DNA of 64,000 nucleotides from an uncultured Heliobacteriaceae bacterium (GTDB lineage Bacteria; Acidobacteriota; Blastocatellia; RBC074). The stretch spans positions 45 through 64,044 of the forward strand of contig CAZLYK010000009.1 of assembly GCA_964563495.1 (NCBI GenBank), read 5' to 3'. The translations under genes were made by a program, and so were the position numbers. This document shows, piece by piece, positions 44,425-56,029 of the stretch; position 1 is the stretch's first letter; the number at the start of each line of letters is the position of its first letter. The notes under the pieces were generated by a model, which was not told the origin of the DNA, searched no databases, and worked only from the letters and a program-made list of their open reading frames with translations.

Positions 44425-44958
44425 ATGAAATTATTGATGGACTTACGAGTGTCTTCGCTGACGATTAATCGGATTTGGCGGGCTGTTTTTCTCACGGTTG
44501 TGATCGCCTTTCTCACCGGCATTGCCTCGACGCGGTCATCGACCGGCCAGGGGAGGTCCTTGCCGGAAGGCCCCGGCAAGGAAGAGACCCGGAAACTCTG
44601 CTCGCAGTGCCACGAACTGGAAAAGTCGTTCTCTCTTAACCAGGATCGCGCGGGATGGCAGCGAACCGTCGATAAGATGGCAGCCTTCGGAATGAAAGGC
44701 ACTGAGAAAGAGATCAGCGCCGTGCTCGAATACCTGGTCAGGAATTTTCCTGCCGAGGATGTTCCGAGGATCAACGTCAATAAAGCGACGGCGATCGAAC
44801 TGGAAAGCGGGTTGTCGCTCAAACGCTCGCAAGCCGCCGCGATCATTCAGTACCGGACGAAGAACGGTAATTTCAAAACGATCGAGGACTTGAAAAAAGT
44901 CCCGGGCGTGGACATCGCCAAGATTGAGGCGAAGAAGGATCGCCTGATATTTGAATGA
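44425..44958 (+). CDS. membrane-anchored c-type cytochrome domain fused to a ComEA-like helix-hairpin-helix domain
   Basis: TM helix; CSQCH heme-binding CxxCH with downstream Met; C-terminal [13 protein letters not shown]...[15 protein letters not shown] HhH (ComEA-type). Confidence 0.55.
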   Translation: MKLLMDLRVSSLTINRIWRAVFLTVVIAFLTGIASTRSSTGQGRSLPEGPGKEETRKLCSQCHELEKSFSLNQDRAGWQRTVDKMAAFGMKGTEKEISAVLEYLVRNFPAEDVPRINVNKATAIELESGLSLKRSQAAAIIQYRTKNGNFKTIEDLKKVPGVDIAKIEAKKDRLIFE

Positions 44959-45710
44959 ATAACTGGATTATCAAAACCCTGCTCGGATTGATGGTTCTGG
45001 GCGGTTTAGTGGCAGCGGGTTCGCCGCAGGATTGCGCTTCAACCGTGACGGCGCTTGAACGGCAATTGGAAGCACAGCGGCGCCTGCTCGTCGACTGGGC
45101 CGGCCTGACTCGATACGGCAGCGAAAATACCGAACTCCCGCGTCCGGCGCCCGGAGAAGACCGCGTCGTCTTTCTGGGCGACGAGATCACCGAGAACTGG
45201 GGACGCGGCAAGGCGAAGTTCTTTCCGGGCAGGCCCTACCTGAACCGCGGGATCAAGGGCCAGGCGACCCCTCAAATGCTGGTTCGCTTCCGCCAGGATG
45301 TGATCACTCTGAATCCAAAAGTTGTCGTGATCCTCGCGGGGACAAACGACATCGCCGGCGTCGCGGGCCCGATCACTCAGGGGATGACAGCGGAGAACGT
45401 CATCTCGATCGTCGAACTGGCCAAAGCCAACGGGATCCGCGTCGTGCTGGCTTCGCTGACTCCGATTTGTGATTGCTACACGAAACAATCGCTGCTGCGT
45501 CCGTTCGGGAAAATTATCGGGATCAATGGCTGGCTCAAGCAGTATGCCGCCCAGAGCGGCTCTGTCTATCTGGATTACTACTCCGCCATGGCCGAAGGCC
45601 GCAATTTGAAAAAAGAATTGACCGGCGACGGGCTGCTTCCGAATGACGCGGGGTATGCCGTCATGGCCCCGCTGGCCGAAGCAGCGATCGCCCAGGCGCT
45701 GGGGAAATAG
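44955..45710 (+). CDS. SGNH/GDSL hydrolase family protein
   Basis: [12 protein letters not shown] (GDS-like block I) and GTNDIAG block. Confidence 0.75.
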   Translation: MNNWIIKTLLGLMVLGGLVAAGSPQDCASTVTALERQLEAQRRLLVDWAGLTRYGSENTELPRPAPGEDRVVFLGDEITENWGRGKAKFFPGRPYLNRGIKGQATPQMLVRFRQDVITLNPKVVVILAGTNDIAGVAGPITQGMTAENVISIVELAKANGIRVVLASLTPICDCYTKQSLLRPFGKIIGINGWLKQYAAQSGSVYLDYYSAMAEGRNLKKELTGDGLLPNDAGYAVMAPLAEAAIAQALGK

Positions 45711-45745
45711 ACAGTCTTAACAGAATTTCAATAGGATTAAACACG
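45706..45745. repeat. family A degenerate half copy
   Basis: aatagacagtcttaacagaatttcaataggattaaacacg, directly abutting ATG 45746. Confidence 0.6.
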
Positions 45746-46792
<1,047 letters not shown>

Positions 46793-46805
46793 TAGACATG
46801 AGTTT

Positions 46806-47945
46806 ATGACAAAAACAGATCTGAATATCGGTTTAATCGGTTACGGCTTCATGGGGCGGACGCATTCGAATGCCTTTCTGCAAGCGGGGCGGTTTTTTGA
46901 TCTGCCGTACCGGCCCGTTCTCAAGGCCGCCTGCGCCCGCAATCCGGAACGTCTCAGGGCCTTCGCGGATAACTGGGGGTATGAGTCGGTCGAGACGGAT
47001 TGGCGAAGGCTGGTCGAACGCAAAGATATCGACCTGATCGACATCGCCAGCCCTAACGACACGCACGCCGAGATTGCGATCGCTGCCGCCAAGGCCGGCA
47101 AGCTGGTCATGTGCGAAAAACCACTGGGCCGTAACGCCGCCGAAGCCGTGGCCATGACCGAGGCGGTCGAATCGGCCAAAGTCGCCAATATGGTCTGGTA
47201 CAACTATCGCCGCGTGCCGGCGGTGGTGCTGCTCAAGCACCTGATTGACGAGGGGCGGTTTGGACGGATCTTCCATTACCGCGCCAAGTTTCTGCAGGAC
47301 TGGACGATCTCACAGGATCTACCACAGGGCGGGGAAGGTTTGTGGCGGCTGGATGTGGCCGTCGCAGGCAGCGGGGTGACCGGCGATCTGCTGGCCCATA
47401 ACATTGACACCGCCATGTGGCTGAATGGCCCGATCACCGAAGTCGTGGCCATGACCGAGACGTTTATCAAGCAGCGAAAGCACAATCTGACGGGAAACGT
47501 CGAACCGGTCGGGATTGACGACGCCAGCGCGTTCCTCTGCCGGTTCGGGAACGGATCGCTCGCGACCTTTGAAGCGACGCGTTATGCCCGCGGTCACAAG
47601 GCGCTCTATACGCTCGAAATCAACGGCGAGCATGCCTCGGCCTTTTGGGACCTGCACGATCTGCACCGCATCCAGTATTTCGATCATCACGACGAAGGGA
47701 TAGTCCGCGGCTGGAGAGACGTTCACGTCACCGATGGGGATCATCCCTACATGAAGCACTGGTGGGTGCCCGGGCTCCAAATCGGATACGAACACACCTT
47801 CATTCACCAGTTCGCCGATTTTCTGGAAGCGCTTGGCGCGGGCAAGGAAGCTGCGCCGACCTTCCGGGATGGGTTAGCCACCGATTATGTCACCGACGCA
47901 GTCTTGAAATCAGCAAAGACACGCCAATGGGAAGAAATTCAATAG
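46806..47945 (+). CDS. Gfo/Idh/MocA family oxidoreductase
   Basis: [17 protein letters not shown] Rossmann N-terminus; start trimmed to ATG 46806. Confidence 0.85.
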   Translation: MTKTDLNIGLIGYGFMGRTHSNAFLQAGRFFDLPYRPVLKAACARNPERLRAFADNWGYESVETDWRRLVERKDIDLIDIASPNDTHAEIAIAAAKAGKLVMCEKPLGRNAAEAVAMTEAVESAKVANMVWYNYRRVPAVVLLKHLIDEGRFGRIFHYRAKFLQDWTISQDLPQGGEGLWRLDVAVAGSGVTGDLLAHNIDTAMWLNGPITEVVAMTETFIKQRKHNLTGNVEPVGIDDASAFLCRFGNGSLATFEATRYARGHKALYTLEINGEHASAFWDLHDLHRIQYFDHHDEGIVRGWRDVHVTDGDHPYMKHWWVPGLQIGYEHTFIHQFADFLEALGAGKEAAPTFRDGLATDYVTDAVLKSAKTRQWEEIQ

Positions 47946-47978
47946 GATGATAGCAAGTTTCACGTTTGTGCGACCGCG
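47930..47978. repeat. degenerate A fragment + truncated family B copy
   Basis: ttcaataggatg then atagcaagtttcacgtttgtgcgaccgcgtcctcgcgg, a near-identical ~38 nt match to 23909-23946; right half of hairpin missing. Confidence 0.7.
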
Positions 47979-48020
47979 TCCTCGCGGATGAATAAATTTA
48001 GTGTCAGGATGGAGAATCGG

Positions 48021-48779
48021 ATGAAAAAGCTTTTTGTCATATCCGCCGCGTTGCTGCTGGCTGGGCTCCCGGCATTTTCCGCCATTGCTCAGCAAGGCCC
48101 GCCTCGCGGCGGCGCCGGTCGTGGGACGGGGATAGAGACGCCGGCGATCGATGATCACGCGGGGTTTGAGTCGATCTTCGACGGTAAGTCCCTCAAGGGA
48201 TGGGACGGCGACCCCGCTTTCTGGCGCGTTGAGAATGAGACGATCATCGGAGAAAGCACCGCGGAAAAACCGCTCAAGGCCAACACCTTCCTCATCTGGC
48301 GCGGCGGTCAGCCAAAAGATTTCGACCTCAAACTTGAGTATCGCATCAACTCCACCAACAGCGGGGTCCAGTACCGCAGCGTCGAGCTCCCCGATGCCGG
48401 GAAGTGGGTGCTTAAAGGTTACCAGGCGGACATTGATTTCCAGAACACGTACACGGGTCAGTTGTACGAAGAGCGTGGTCGCGGATTCCTCGCCATGCGC
48501 GGCCAGGTGACTCACCTGCAGCCGGGCAAAAAGAGAGTGATCGCCAACCTGAGCAGCGGCGACGAACTCAAGAGTCTGATCAAGGTCAACGACTGGAACC
48601 AACTCCACATCGTCGCGCGCGGGAATGTGCTGACGCACATTCTAAATGGCTATCTCATGGCTGAAGCCATTGATGACGACGCGACCGGGCGAGCCCTGGG
48701 CGGATTGATCGGCTTCCAGATGCACGTCGGGCCGCCCATGAAAGTCGAGTTCCGCAACATCTGGCTGAAGAACCTGTAA
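48021..48779 (+). CDS. DUF1080 (3-keto-disaccharide hydrolase-like) secreted protein
   Basis: signal peptide; C-terminal [19 protein letters not shown] matches the DUF1080 ending. Confidence 0.7.
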   Translation: MKKLFVISAALLLAGLPAFSAIAQQGPPRGGAGRGTGIETPAIDDHAGFESIFDGKSLKGWDGDPAFWRVENETIIGESTAEKPLKANTFLIWRGGQPKDFDLKLEYRINSTNSGVQYRSVELPDAGKWVLKGYQADIDFQNTYTGQLYEERGRGFLAMRGQVTHLQPGKKRVIANLSSGDELKSLIKVNDWNQLHIVARGNVLTHILNGYLMAEAIDDDATGRALGGLIGFQMHVGPPMKVEFRNIWLKNL

Positions 48780-48782
48780 ACG

Positions 48783-49847
48783 CTACCGCCCGATAATCAG
48801 TACGCCCCAGGGGCTTCCCGTAACCTTGATCTTTTTGGTCACCATCTGGCCGGCCAGATCGACCACGGAGACATCGTTGGAAGGTCCGTTTGCGGTGAAG
48901 AGCGTCTTCCCGTCGGGCGAAACCGCGATGCCCCAGGGGCGCTGTCCGACTTCGAACGAGGCGGCCGCCTGATTCGTCGCGGTATCGACGACGAAGACCT
49001 TACGCCCGCGGCCCGTGCTGACATAGAGATTTTTGGCGTCGGGTGCAAGCGCCATGCCCATCGGCTTGATTTCACCCGGCGTACCGAGCGGGATCGCCTG
49101 AAGCTTGACGTTCTTGACGGTGTCGAGCAGCACGATGCCGCCATCGTTTTCGGCGTTGACATAGGCGCGGGATCCATCGGGGAGAAAGACGATATTACGC
49201 GGGCGGCGCCCAACTTTGATGTTCTTGATTAGTTTTCGCCCGGCCACATCGATCACGGAGACGGCTCCGTCGGCTTCATTTGTCACATAAACCAGCTTGC
49301 CGTCCGGCGCGAGCCTCACCCCTTCGGGTTCGCCTCCGACGTTGATCGTCTGGACCAGTTTTCCGGTAGCCACCTCGATGAAACTGACGCCGGATACGTC
49401 TTCGTTGGAAACGAAGAGTGTCGTTCCATCGCGGTTGATATCAAAATTCTCCGGGTCCGATCCGCCCTGAATGACGCGCACCAGCTTGTTCTGCTCGACA
49501 TCGAAAACGCCGATCCCATCCGCGCTTTTATCGGGAGGCGGCAACGTACTTTCGTCCACGCCCGGCGGCGCGGGAGGCGAGCCGCTCAACGCGACATAGA
49601 TCGTCCGCCTGTCCGGACTGGCGTGAATGCCGCGTGGGCGCTTTCCGAGCGGGACAGTGGCGATGACCTCTAAGGTCGCGCCGTCAATCACGCTGAGATC
49701 ACCCGATGTCTCATTTGTCACGTAGACGCGGTATCCGGTTTTCCACTCCGGCGCAGTCGATGGTTCTTTTGCCGGGGGGGTGGTGGAACAACCGGCAAAA
49801 ATCAAGGCAAGACTACCGGCAACAAAAAGGCACAAAAGTTTATTCAC
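48783..49847 (-). CDS. YVTN-type beta-propeller repeat lipoprotein
   Basis: repeated ...LYVTNE/YVSTG... blades; lipobox FAGC. Confidence 0.7.
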   Translation of the reverse strand: MNKLLCLFVAGSLALIFAGCSTTPPAKEPSTAPEWKTGYRVYVTNETSGDLSVIDGATLEVIATVPLGKRPRGIHASPDRRTIYVALSGSPPAPPGVDESTLPPPDKSADGIGVFDVEQNKLVRVIQGGSDPENFDINRDGTTLFVSNEDVSGVSFIEVATGKLVQTINVGGEPEGVRLAPDGKLVYVTNEADGAVSVIDVAGRKLIKNIKVGRRPRNIVFLPDGSRAYVNAENDGGIVLLDTVKNVKLQAIPLGTPGEIKPMGMALAPDAKNLYVSTGRGRKVFVVDTATNQAAASFEVGQRPWGIAVSPDGKTLFTANGPSNDVSVVDLAGQMVTKKIKVTGSPWGVLIIGR

Positions 49848-49910
49848 GATAAGTATTCTCCTTGAAAAAGCCCGGGAATTCAGGCGTCCCGCCCGCGTTC
49901 CCGGGCTTTT

Positions 49911-50693
49911 TCAATTGAACCTGAAAACGAGCTCGCTTTTTCCGGAAGGCGTGAGCGTGACCTGCTGCTCCTGCCTGCCCAACTCCTCCTGCCAGACTTC
50001 AATCGTATAAGCGCCTGGCGGAACCTCGCGGAGCTGGAAGGCCCCGTCCGCACCGGTCACGGCGAAGTAGGGATGAGCGACCACGCCTATCCACGCATGC
50101 ATCCAGGAATGAATGTTGCACTTGACGCGGATCACGACCTCAGGTTGTGCGAAGCGACGCGTGAAAGGTTCGGCGCCGGGGGGTTGGCTCTGGTTCCAGT
50201 CGCGGTTGACCTGAGCAAGTGGATGGATGTTATGCGTTAGCGGATCGGAGTTCGTCACCTTGAGGGTCTGCCCGACTCCTATTCCGAGGATGCGCGGGTT
50301 GAACCAGCAGCCGCTCTGGTCAATCACCACGGGATTGGCGGGCGGCTCGAACTTCTTGTCCTCCAGGCCACGCTTGATGTAGACGAAAGCATTGGCGAGC
50401 GCGCCATCCCTGCCCGCCACGATGGCCTGGTCGAAGACCACGCTCCGATGGAGTTTCTCACACTCCGGGGCTTGATCCATGTCGACTTTCTTCGGCGGCG
50501 GTTTTTTCCCGGCAAACAGCACCCTGCCGGTGATAGTGCCCGCAGTGTTAGGATCAACTTTGAACCATGCCGGCGCGCCGGACGAGGTGCCGGCATGGTT
50601 CGGCGGATTCGAGCCGGAGCACCCGACGAAGAGAAGAGCCGCGCCGGCGCAACCAAGCAGAAATTTCTGGCGGTGAATCGTCAATGGCATCAA
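49911..50693 (-). CDS. hypothetical lipoprotein with C-terminal carboxypeptidase-regulatory-like domain
   Basis: lipobox LLGCAG; C-terminal VPPGAYTIEVWQEELG beta-sandwich pattern. Confidence 0.5.
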   Translation of the reverse strand: MMPLTIHRQKFLLGCAGAALLFVGCSGSNPPNHAGTSSGAPAWFKVDPNTAGTITGRVLFAGKKPPPKKVDMDQAPECEKLHRSVVFDQAIVAGRDGALANAFVYIKRGLEDKKFEPPANPVVIDQSGCWFNPRILGIGVGQTLKVTNSDPLTHNIHPLAQVNRDWNQSQPPGAEPFTRRFAQPEVVIRVKCNIHSWMHAWIGVVAHPYFAVTGADGAFQLREVPPGAYTIEVWQEELGRQEQQVTLTPSGKSELVFRFN

Positions 50694-51782
50694 TCAATCC
50701 TGACTGGGCCTGACCGGCCCTGACCGGCCCTGACCTGGTGGCCCCGAATCGGCGGGAAGTTCACCCGTCAGCGCTTCCAGAAACGCGACCAGGTCTATCC
50801 GATCCTGCGCCGAGAGCCTGAGCGGCTTAATCTCACGATCAAGTTGGGGGGTGGAATTGCCGCCCCCCAGGTAAAAATCGACGACCTCTTTTAGCGTCTT
50901 CAGGCTGCCGTCATGCATATAAGGGGCGGTCTTCGCAACATTACGCAGGCTCGGCGTGCGGAATGTTCCACGGTCGGTTTCGACGCCGGTCTGATCGAAC
51001 CGGCCCAGGTCCGTCAATTCCCCGTTGGAATTCATGCCGGCGCCGAGGTTGTGGAACTTGCCGTCCGACAATAACGCGAACTTCTCACCAATGGTGTGGC
51101 AGGTCGCGCAATTTCCTCGGTTCTTGTCGGTGAAGATTGCCAGCCCACGAATAGCTGCGGCGCTGAGCGCGGCCTTGTCTCCACCATACTGATAACGGTC
51201 GAAGGGAGAATTGCCGCTGAGCAATGTCCGCTCGAAACCGGCGAGGGCTTTCTCGATCTTGTCCATGGTAATTGCGCCGGGCCCGAATACCTTCGCGAAC
51301 TCGTCCCGGTAGGACTGATCGGCGTTGAGTTTGGCGACGCAAATATCGTGCGGCTGATTCATCTCCTTGGGGTTGGCAATCGGGCCACCGGCCTGGTCTT
51401 CCAGACTCGCGGCGCGACCATCCCAGAACTGAGCTATGCTATAGGCTGCATTCAGCACGGTCGGAGTATTTCGCGTCCCGAGTTGCTGGTTGACGCCCAT
51501 GGCCGCGGGCAGACCATCGACAAAATATAAGTCCGGGCGATGACAGCCAGCACACGAGAGAGTGTTGTCACTGGAAAGTCTGACATCGTAGAACAGTTTG
51601 CGGCCGAGAGCTATCGAATCACCGGTCGGCCGATTATCGGCTGGAATCGGCGCTGCCGGCAATCCGAACGGCGCGACGATCTCGACCGGGATGCCAACCG
51701 GTTGCGCAGCTCTCTCGATCTTCTTTGGGCTTCCGCACGAGTACGCCATGAACGCCACCAGCAGAAGGAAAATGAGTCGCAT
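50694..51782 (-). CDS. di-haem cytochrome c peroxidase (CcpA/MauG family)
   Basis: two CxxCH sites (CAGCH, CATCH); 362 aa. Confidence 0.85.
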   Translation of the reverse strand: MRLIFLLLVAFMAYSCGSPKKIERAAQPVGIPVEIVAPFGLPAAPIPADNRPTGDSIALGRKLFYDVRLSSDNTLSCAGCHRPDLYFVDGLPAAMGVNQQLGTRNTPTVLNAAYSIAQFWDGRAASLEDQAGGPIANPKEMNQPHDICVAKLNADQSYRDEFAKVFGPGAITMDKIEKALAGFERTLLSGNSPFDRYQYGGDKAALSAAAIRGLAIFTDKNRGNCATCHTIGEKFALLSDGKFHNLGAGMNSNGELTDLGRFDQTGVETDRGTFRTPSLRNVAKTAPYMHDGSLKTLKEVVDFYLGGGNSTPQLDREIKPLRLSAQDRIDLVAFLEALTGELPADSGPPGQGRSGPVRPSQD

Positions 51783-51917
51783 TATCTAACCCTCGACTTC
51801 CTGACAGGCCCGGCCACAGGAATTTTGCCGGCGATAGCAGAATCCGGTTTTGATCACGAGTTGGCGCCGGCCAGGTCCCCCTGCCAGCGAGCCGATCCCT
51901 GCCGTCGCCGGGATCCA

Positions 51918-53459
51918 CTACTGATCGAGCCGTTTAATTCGTCCTTCAAGTTTCGGCGCAACTTCTCCCGCCGCCGCGATCGAGTTCGCAAGCATAGTCG
52001 AATCAATCTGAGCCGATTCCTGGGAGATCAGAAACCGTAGTCCCTGGAGCATCTTGTAACCATCGCCGCCGCCGGTCAGGTAAGCATTGGTCGCAAGCGA
52101 ATAAAGCCTCTTTTGATCAAGCGGCTGACCCCCGACCATAACCTTGACAACGCGGGATCCAGCAGGCTTTCGGCCGTCAAATTCAAACTGTATCCCTGAA
52201 ACCTGCGGGAACCTTCCGCTTTCGGTCTCTTCAACCACCTGGCTAACGCCGTTCTCCAGGGCGGCCAGCAATAAAACCCCGCTGATCTCCACTTTCACCA
52301 CCGGGGTCTCAAACGGGAGCATGGTAACGACATCGCGTTTGGTTATCGCCCCCGGCTGGTAGGTCATATTGGCGCGAATCGAGCCGCCGTTGAAGAGAGC
52401 GACATCAGCGCCGGTCGCCTGCCGGAATGAGTCGGCGATCAGGTTGCCCAGGTTGGTCTCGCGATTGCGACTGTTGATTGCCAGAGCATCCAGTGGAACA
52501 GCAGCGCGGCCCACCGGCTTGTCCATCTCGGCCGAGACCTTCTTTTCATATTCTCCGATCACCGCCGCCACTACCGGATCGTCCGGGGTCTCATTGGTCA
52601 CGGGTATTCCGGCCCAATCAATACTTTCAAGCCTGCGGGTTGAGGCGTTGAGATTCAGATCGATTCGCCCCAGGACACGCGCATCCGATCCCCACTTGAA
52701 GATCGGGGCGTGGCCTGCGTGCGATTGCAGCAACTCGTGCTCGTGACCGCCGATGATAACGTCGACCAGTCCCGTGCGCGCCAGCTCTTTGTCCTCGCTC
52801 ATCGCCAGATGTGTCATGGCGATGATGATTGTCGCCCCCTCCGCTCGCATTCTCCTGACGATCCGTTTGGCGGACAGGATCGGATTAACCAACCTGATGT
52901 TGGGGCCGGGCTTCGAACTGGTCTGGGCATCTCTCGTCAGCAATCCGAACAGACCGACCCTTACCCCTCCAAATTTGCGAATTACGTAAGGAGGCATGTG
53001 GTTGAAAGGCTTGCCGGTCTTGCGGTCGATTACGTTTGACCCCAGCCATACGAACTTCGATTCCTTCATCCGTTCGAGCAGAATGTCATCACCGAAATCG
53101 AATTCGTGATTTCCCAGAACGGCGTAATCAAGTCCGAGAGCATTCCATGCAGCGATCATCTGCGCGCCACGGAAAATGCTCGATGCGACCGATGGCGAAA
53201 TCGTGTCGCCGCCGAGCAGGAAGAGCGTGTTGGGCGACTCCGCCATAATCTTTTGACGCAGAGTCGCCACCCGCGCGAGGCCGGCGTTTTTGCCCTTGTC
53301 AACGGGCGACATCTGGTAGACATCGTTCAGTTGCAGGAGCGTCACGCGGACCAGGCGTTCGTTTCGGCTCTTTTTCTGTGCGATGGCAGGCCCCGAAAGA
53401 CAGAACAGTAGCAGAACAGCCAGGGTGATACCCAGCCTTGAAACGCGAGTTGAGACCAT
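51918..53459 (-). CDS. bifunctional metallophosphatase/5'-nucleotidase
   Basis: calcineurin-like metallophosphoesterase motifs (GNHEFD) plus 5'-nucleotidase C-terminal domain; signal peptide. Confidence 0.8.
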   Translation of the reverse strand: MVSTRVSRLGITLAVLLLFCLSGPAIAQKKSRNERLVRVTLLQLNDVYQMSPVDKGKNAGLARVATLRQKIMAESPNTLFLLGGDTISPSVASSIFRGAQMIAAWNALGLDYAVLGNHEFDFGDDILLERMKESKFVWLGSNVIDRKTGKPFNHMPPYVIRKFGGVRVGLFGLLTRDAQTSSKPGPNIRLVNPILSAKRIVRRMRAEGATIIIAMTHLAMSEDKELARTGLVDVIIGGHEHELLQSHAGHAPIFKWGSDARVLGRIDLNLNASTRRLESIDWAGIPVTNETPDDPVVAAVIGEYEKKVSAEMDKPVGRAAVPLDALAINSRNRETNLGNLIADSFRQATGADVALFNGGSIRANMTYQPGAITKRDVVTMLPFETPVVKVEISGVLLLAALENGVSQVVEETESGRFPQVSGIQFEFDGRKPAGSRVVKVMVGGQPLDQKRLYSLATNAYLTGGGDGYKMLQGLRFLISQESAQIDSTMLANSIAAAGEVAPKLEGRIKRLDQ

Positions 53460-53648
53460 TAATCAATCCTCCTAGTCTATCGGTATGGCGCCGGCAATCG
53501 GGATGCGATTAATCAAAAAATTTCCCGCCCCCCTCTACAAATTTTCGATTTTCGCATCGTCTATATCAGTGACAGCCTCAAAAAAGCTGGAGTTAAGCAG
53601 CGGGGCAGGTCGCTTGTGAGGTAGCGATCTGCCCCTATTTTTTTGGAT

Positions 53649-53745
53649 AATAGACAGGATTGACAAGCTTATTGCAGGATTGAACAAGACGCCACCTTGT
53701 TCAATCCTGCAATAAGCTTGTCAATCCTGTCTATTATTAATGAAT
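53649..53745. repeat. family A element, copy 19
   Basis: aatagacaggattgacaagcttattgcaggattgaacaagacgccaccttgttcaatcctgcaataagcttgtcaatcctgtctatt. Confidence 0.95.
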
Positions 53746-53762
53746 AAAAGGGGGCAGACAAC

Positions 53763-54851
53763 ATGAACGATCGGGAATTGCTCGTCGGCATCAACTATCC
53801 GTGGTTGGATTACGCCTGGGATTTCGGCGATCCGCCGCCGGCGTGGGTCAACCCGCTTGACCTGGCCGTGTGGCGGGAGCAGAAGAGAGCCCGAATAGTC
53901 GAGGACTTTCAGGCTTTTGCCGAGATGGGATTTTTCGCCGTCCGATGGTTTTTGCTCGGAGACGGGACGAATTACGGCGTCGATCTTGACGCCCCGCGGC
54001 AGATCGATCATGAGTGGTCTTTTGAGCCATTGCCCGAATCTCATCCTTTCAACCGGCAATTCCTCAGCGATTTTCAGTTCGTTTTGGAGACCTGCGCCCG
54101 GGTCGGCCTCAAATTGGCGCCGTCGCTGATAGACTTTCATTGGTGTCATCGCGGCTCTACGGTCGGCGGCAATCCGGGGATTGTCAAAGGCGGGCGGTAT
54201 CAGATCGTTCGTGATCCGGGGAAGCGGGAAGCCTTTTTCAATCAGTTGCTCGAACCGTTGCTCGACCTTTCAATGAAGTATCGCGATGCCATCTACGCCT
54301 GGGAGCTGATCAACGAGCCCGAGTGGGTTATCGCGCGACCATCGCTGACCCAATTAATTGCCGGGGTCGATCAGGACAAGACAGTCAGCCAGAAAGAGAT
54401 GAAGTCTTTCATCGCTCAAGGCATGGAGAGGATCAATCGTCGAGTCCTGGCTGACGGCAGCCCGGCGTTTCAATCGACGGTCGGCTTTGCCCATTGGGGA
54501 AGCGTTGAGGATTGGAGCTCGGCCGATCTCGGCGTCAGGCTCCACCAGTTCCATTATTACGCGCAAGCGGAAGCGGATCTGCCGCAGGATGGGCTTTCTT
54601 TGCCGGAGCCATGTTTTATCGGAGAGTTTGCCACGGCGGTCGAACGGGAATGGCCGGAGTTGAAGCGAAGCGGGTTGGAGCAGACGATCAGCAATCGTTT
54701 GCGCGCAATCGAGAAGAACAAATATCAATCGGCATTCTTATGGTCGGCCAAGGCCGTTGATCTGGCGACCCGTTGGACGGCGGAAGATCAGCGCGACACG
54801 ATAGCCTATCTCAATCCGGGTCAGGGACGTCCGTCGGGGGAAGTCGCTTGA
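53763..54851 (+). CDS. glycoside hydrolase, GH5-like
   Basis: AWELINEPEW (N-E-P acid/base signature of clan GH-A / GH5); no signal peptide. Confidence 0.5.
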   Translation: MNDRELLVGINYPWLDYAWDFGDPPPAWVNPLDLAVWREQKRARIVEDFQAFAEMGFFAVRWFLLGDGTNYGVDLDAPRQIDHEWSFEPLPESHPFNRQFLSDFQFVLETCARVGLKLAPSLIDFHWCHRGSTVGGNPGIVKGGRYQIVRDPGKREAFFNQLLEPLLDLSMKYRDAIYAWELINEPEWVIARPSLTQLIAGVDQDKTVSQKEMKSFIAQGMERINRRVLADGSPAFQSTVGFAHWGSVEDWSSADLGVRLHQFHYYAQAEADLPQDGLSLPEPCFIGEFATAVEREWPELKRSGLEQTISNRLRAIEKNKYQSAFLWSAKAVDLATRWTAEDQRDTIAYLNPGQGRPSGEVA

Positions 54852-54855
54852 AGCG

Positions 54856-56004
54856 TCAATTGAGCGATTGCTGTTTCAATTCGTCGCGAATCAATTGGGA
54901 GACCGGATTCCATGGGCGGAGCTGTGAGATGAAATCCAGGGTGTGTTCCACCCCACGCTCCCTGATCAGTTTTTGCATCTCGGCCGCCTGGGGATCGCCT
55001 TCCTGGGCGAAAGAGAGGGCTGCGGCGCATCCCTGGATCAGATAGGTCGGCTCGATGCTGTAACGATATGCAAGCTTAGCGGGGCCGATCAGCCGGTCTT
55101 CGGCTTGAAGCTTGCGGACCGGGTCGCGCCCGACGCGCGCGATCGTGTCTTTGAGCGCGGCGTTGGAGAAGCTGGTCAGAATTTCGCTGATCAGGTTGCC
55201 GTAGTGCAGCGTTCGGCCGTGCTTACTTTGCAGCGCGCTCTGGGCCTCGAGCATGGCGCCTACCACTGCCCGGTTGATCGTTTCATCGGCCATGGCTTCG
55301 TGAATGTAAGTGTAGCCCTTGCGGTAACCCAGATAGGCGCAGACGGCGTGGCCGCAATTGAGGATATAGAGCTTCTCTTCGATGCTCGCGGGGAAGTTGT
55401 CCAATCCTTTGAAAGGCGGCAGCACCTCGAACTCGCCCTTGACCTGGAGAGTGTCGAAGAGCACGTCACCGGTCGCGTCGGCCGTGATCACTATGCGACC
55501 TTCCTGATCGGTATCCTGAGCCGAGACGATGCGATCGGAGATAGCGGCGTTGAACCCGACATAATCCTGGATCTGCTGGGCGAATTGAAAAGGGATATTG
55601 GCGAAGACCAGCCTTTCAATCTGCGAGCCGGCGTTCTTGAGGTTCTCACAACAGAAGACATCGAGCGGGCTTCCGATCTCGGACTTGATCCGATACAAGA
55701 GGGCTTCCGCCAGGATCGACGAGATCTCCGGAAGGTTATCAGGGCGAACAGCAGTATAGATCTGGTCGGCTTCGGCGACTTCGCGGACGAAATCCGGCGT
55801 GGTCATATTGACGGCCCGGACGCCTCTCACCTCGATCTGCGCTTCGACCACGCCCTTGGTCACGACGTCGTAGCCCAATTTGTTTATCGAATGGACGATC
55901 TCGTCGCGTCGGGCGGCGAAGACGATTTCATGGCCCTGCATTGTGAGCGCCACGCCCAGCGCGCCGCAACCGACTCGACCGGCACCGATAATCACAATTC
56001 GCAC
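54856..56004 (-). CDS. mannitol dehydrogenase family protein (MtlD-like)
   Basis: N-terminal IVIIGAGRVG Rossmann motif and overall 382-aa architecture of mannitol-1-phosphate 5-dehydrogenase. Confidence 0.6.
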   Translation of the reverse strand: MRIVIIGAGRVGCGALGVALTMQGHEIVFAARRDEIVHSINKLGYDVVTKGVVEAQIEVRGVRAVNMTTPDFVREVAEADQIYTAVRPDNLPEISSILAEALLYRIKSEIGSPLDVFCCENLKNAGSQIERLVFANIPFQFAQQIQDYVGFNAAISDRIVSAQDTDQEGRIVITADATGDVLFDTLQVKGEFEVLPPFKGLDNFPASIEEKLYILNCGHAVCAYLGYRKGYTYIHEAMADETINRAVVGAMLEAQSALQSKHGRTLHYGNLISEILTSFSNAALKDTIARVGRDPVRKLQAEDRLIGPAKLAYRYSIEPTYLIQGCAAALSFAQEGDPQAAEMQKLIRERGVEHTLDFISQLRPWNPVSQLIRDELKQQSLN

Positions 56005-56029
56005 TACTTTTCCCCCAGTTTATTAACCG

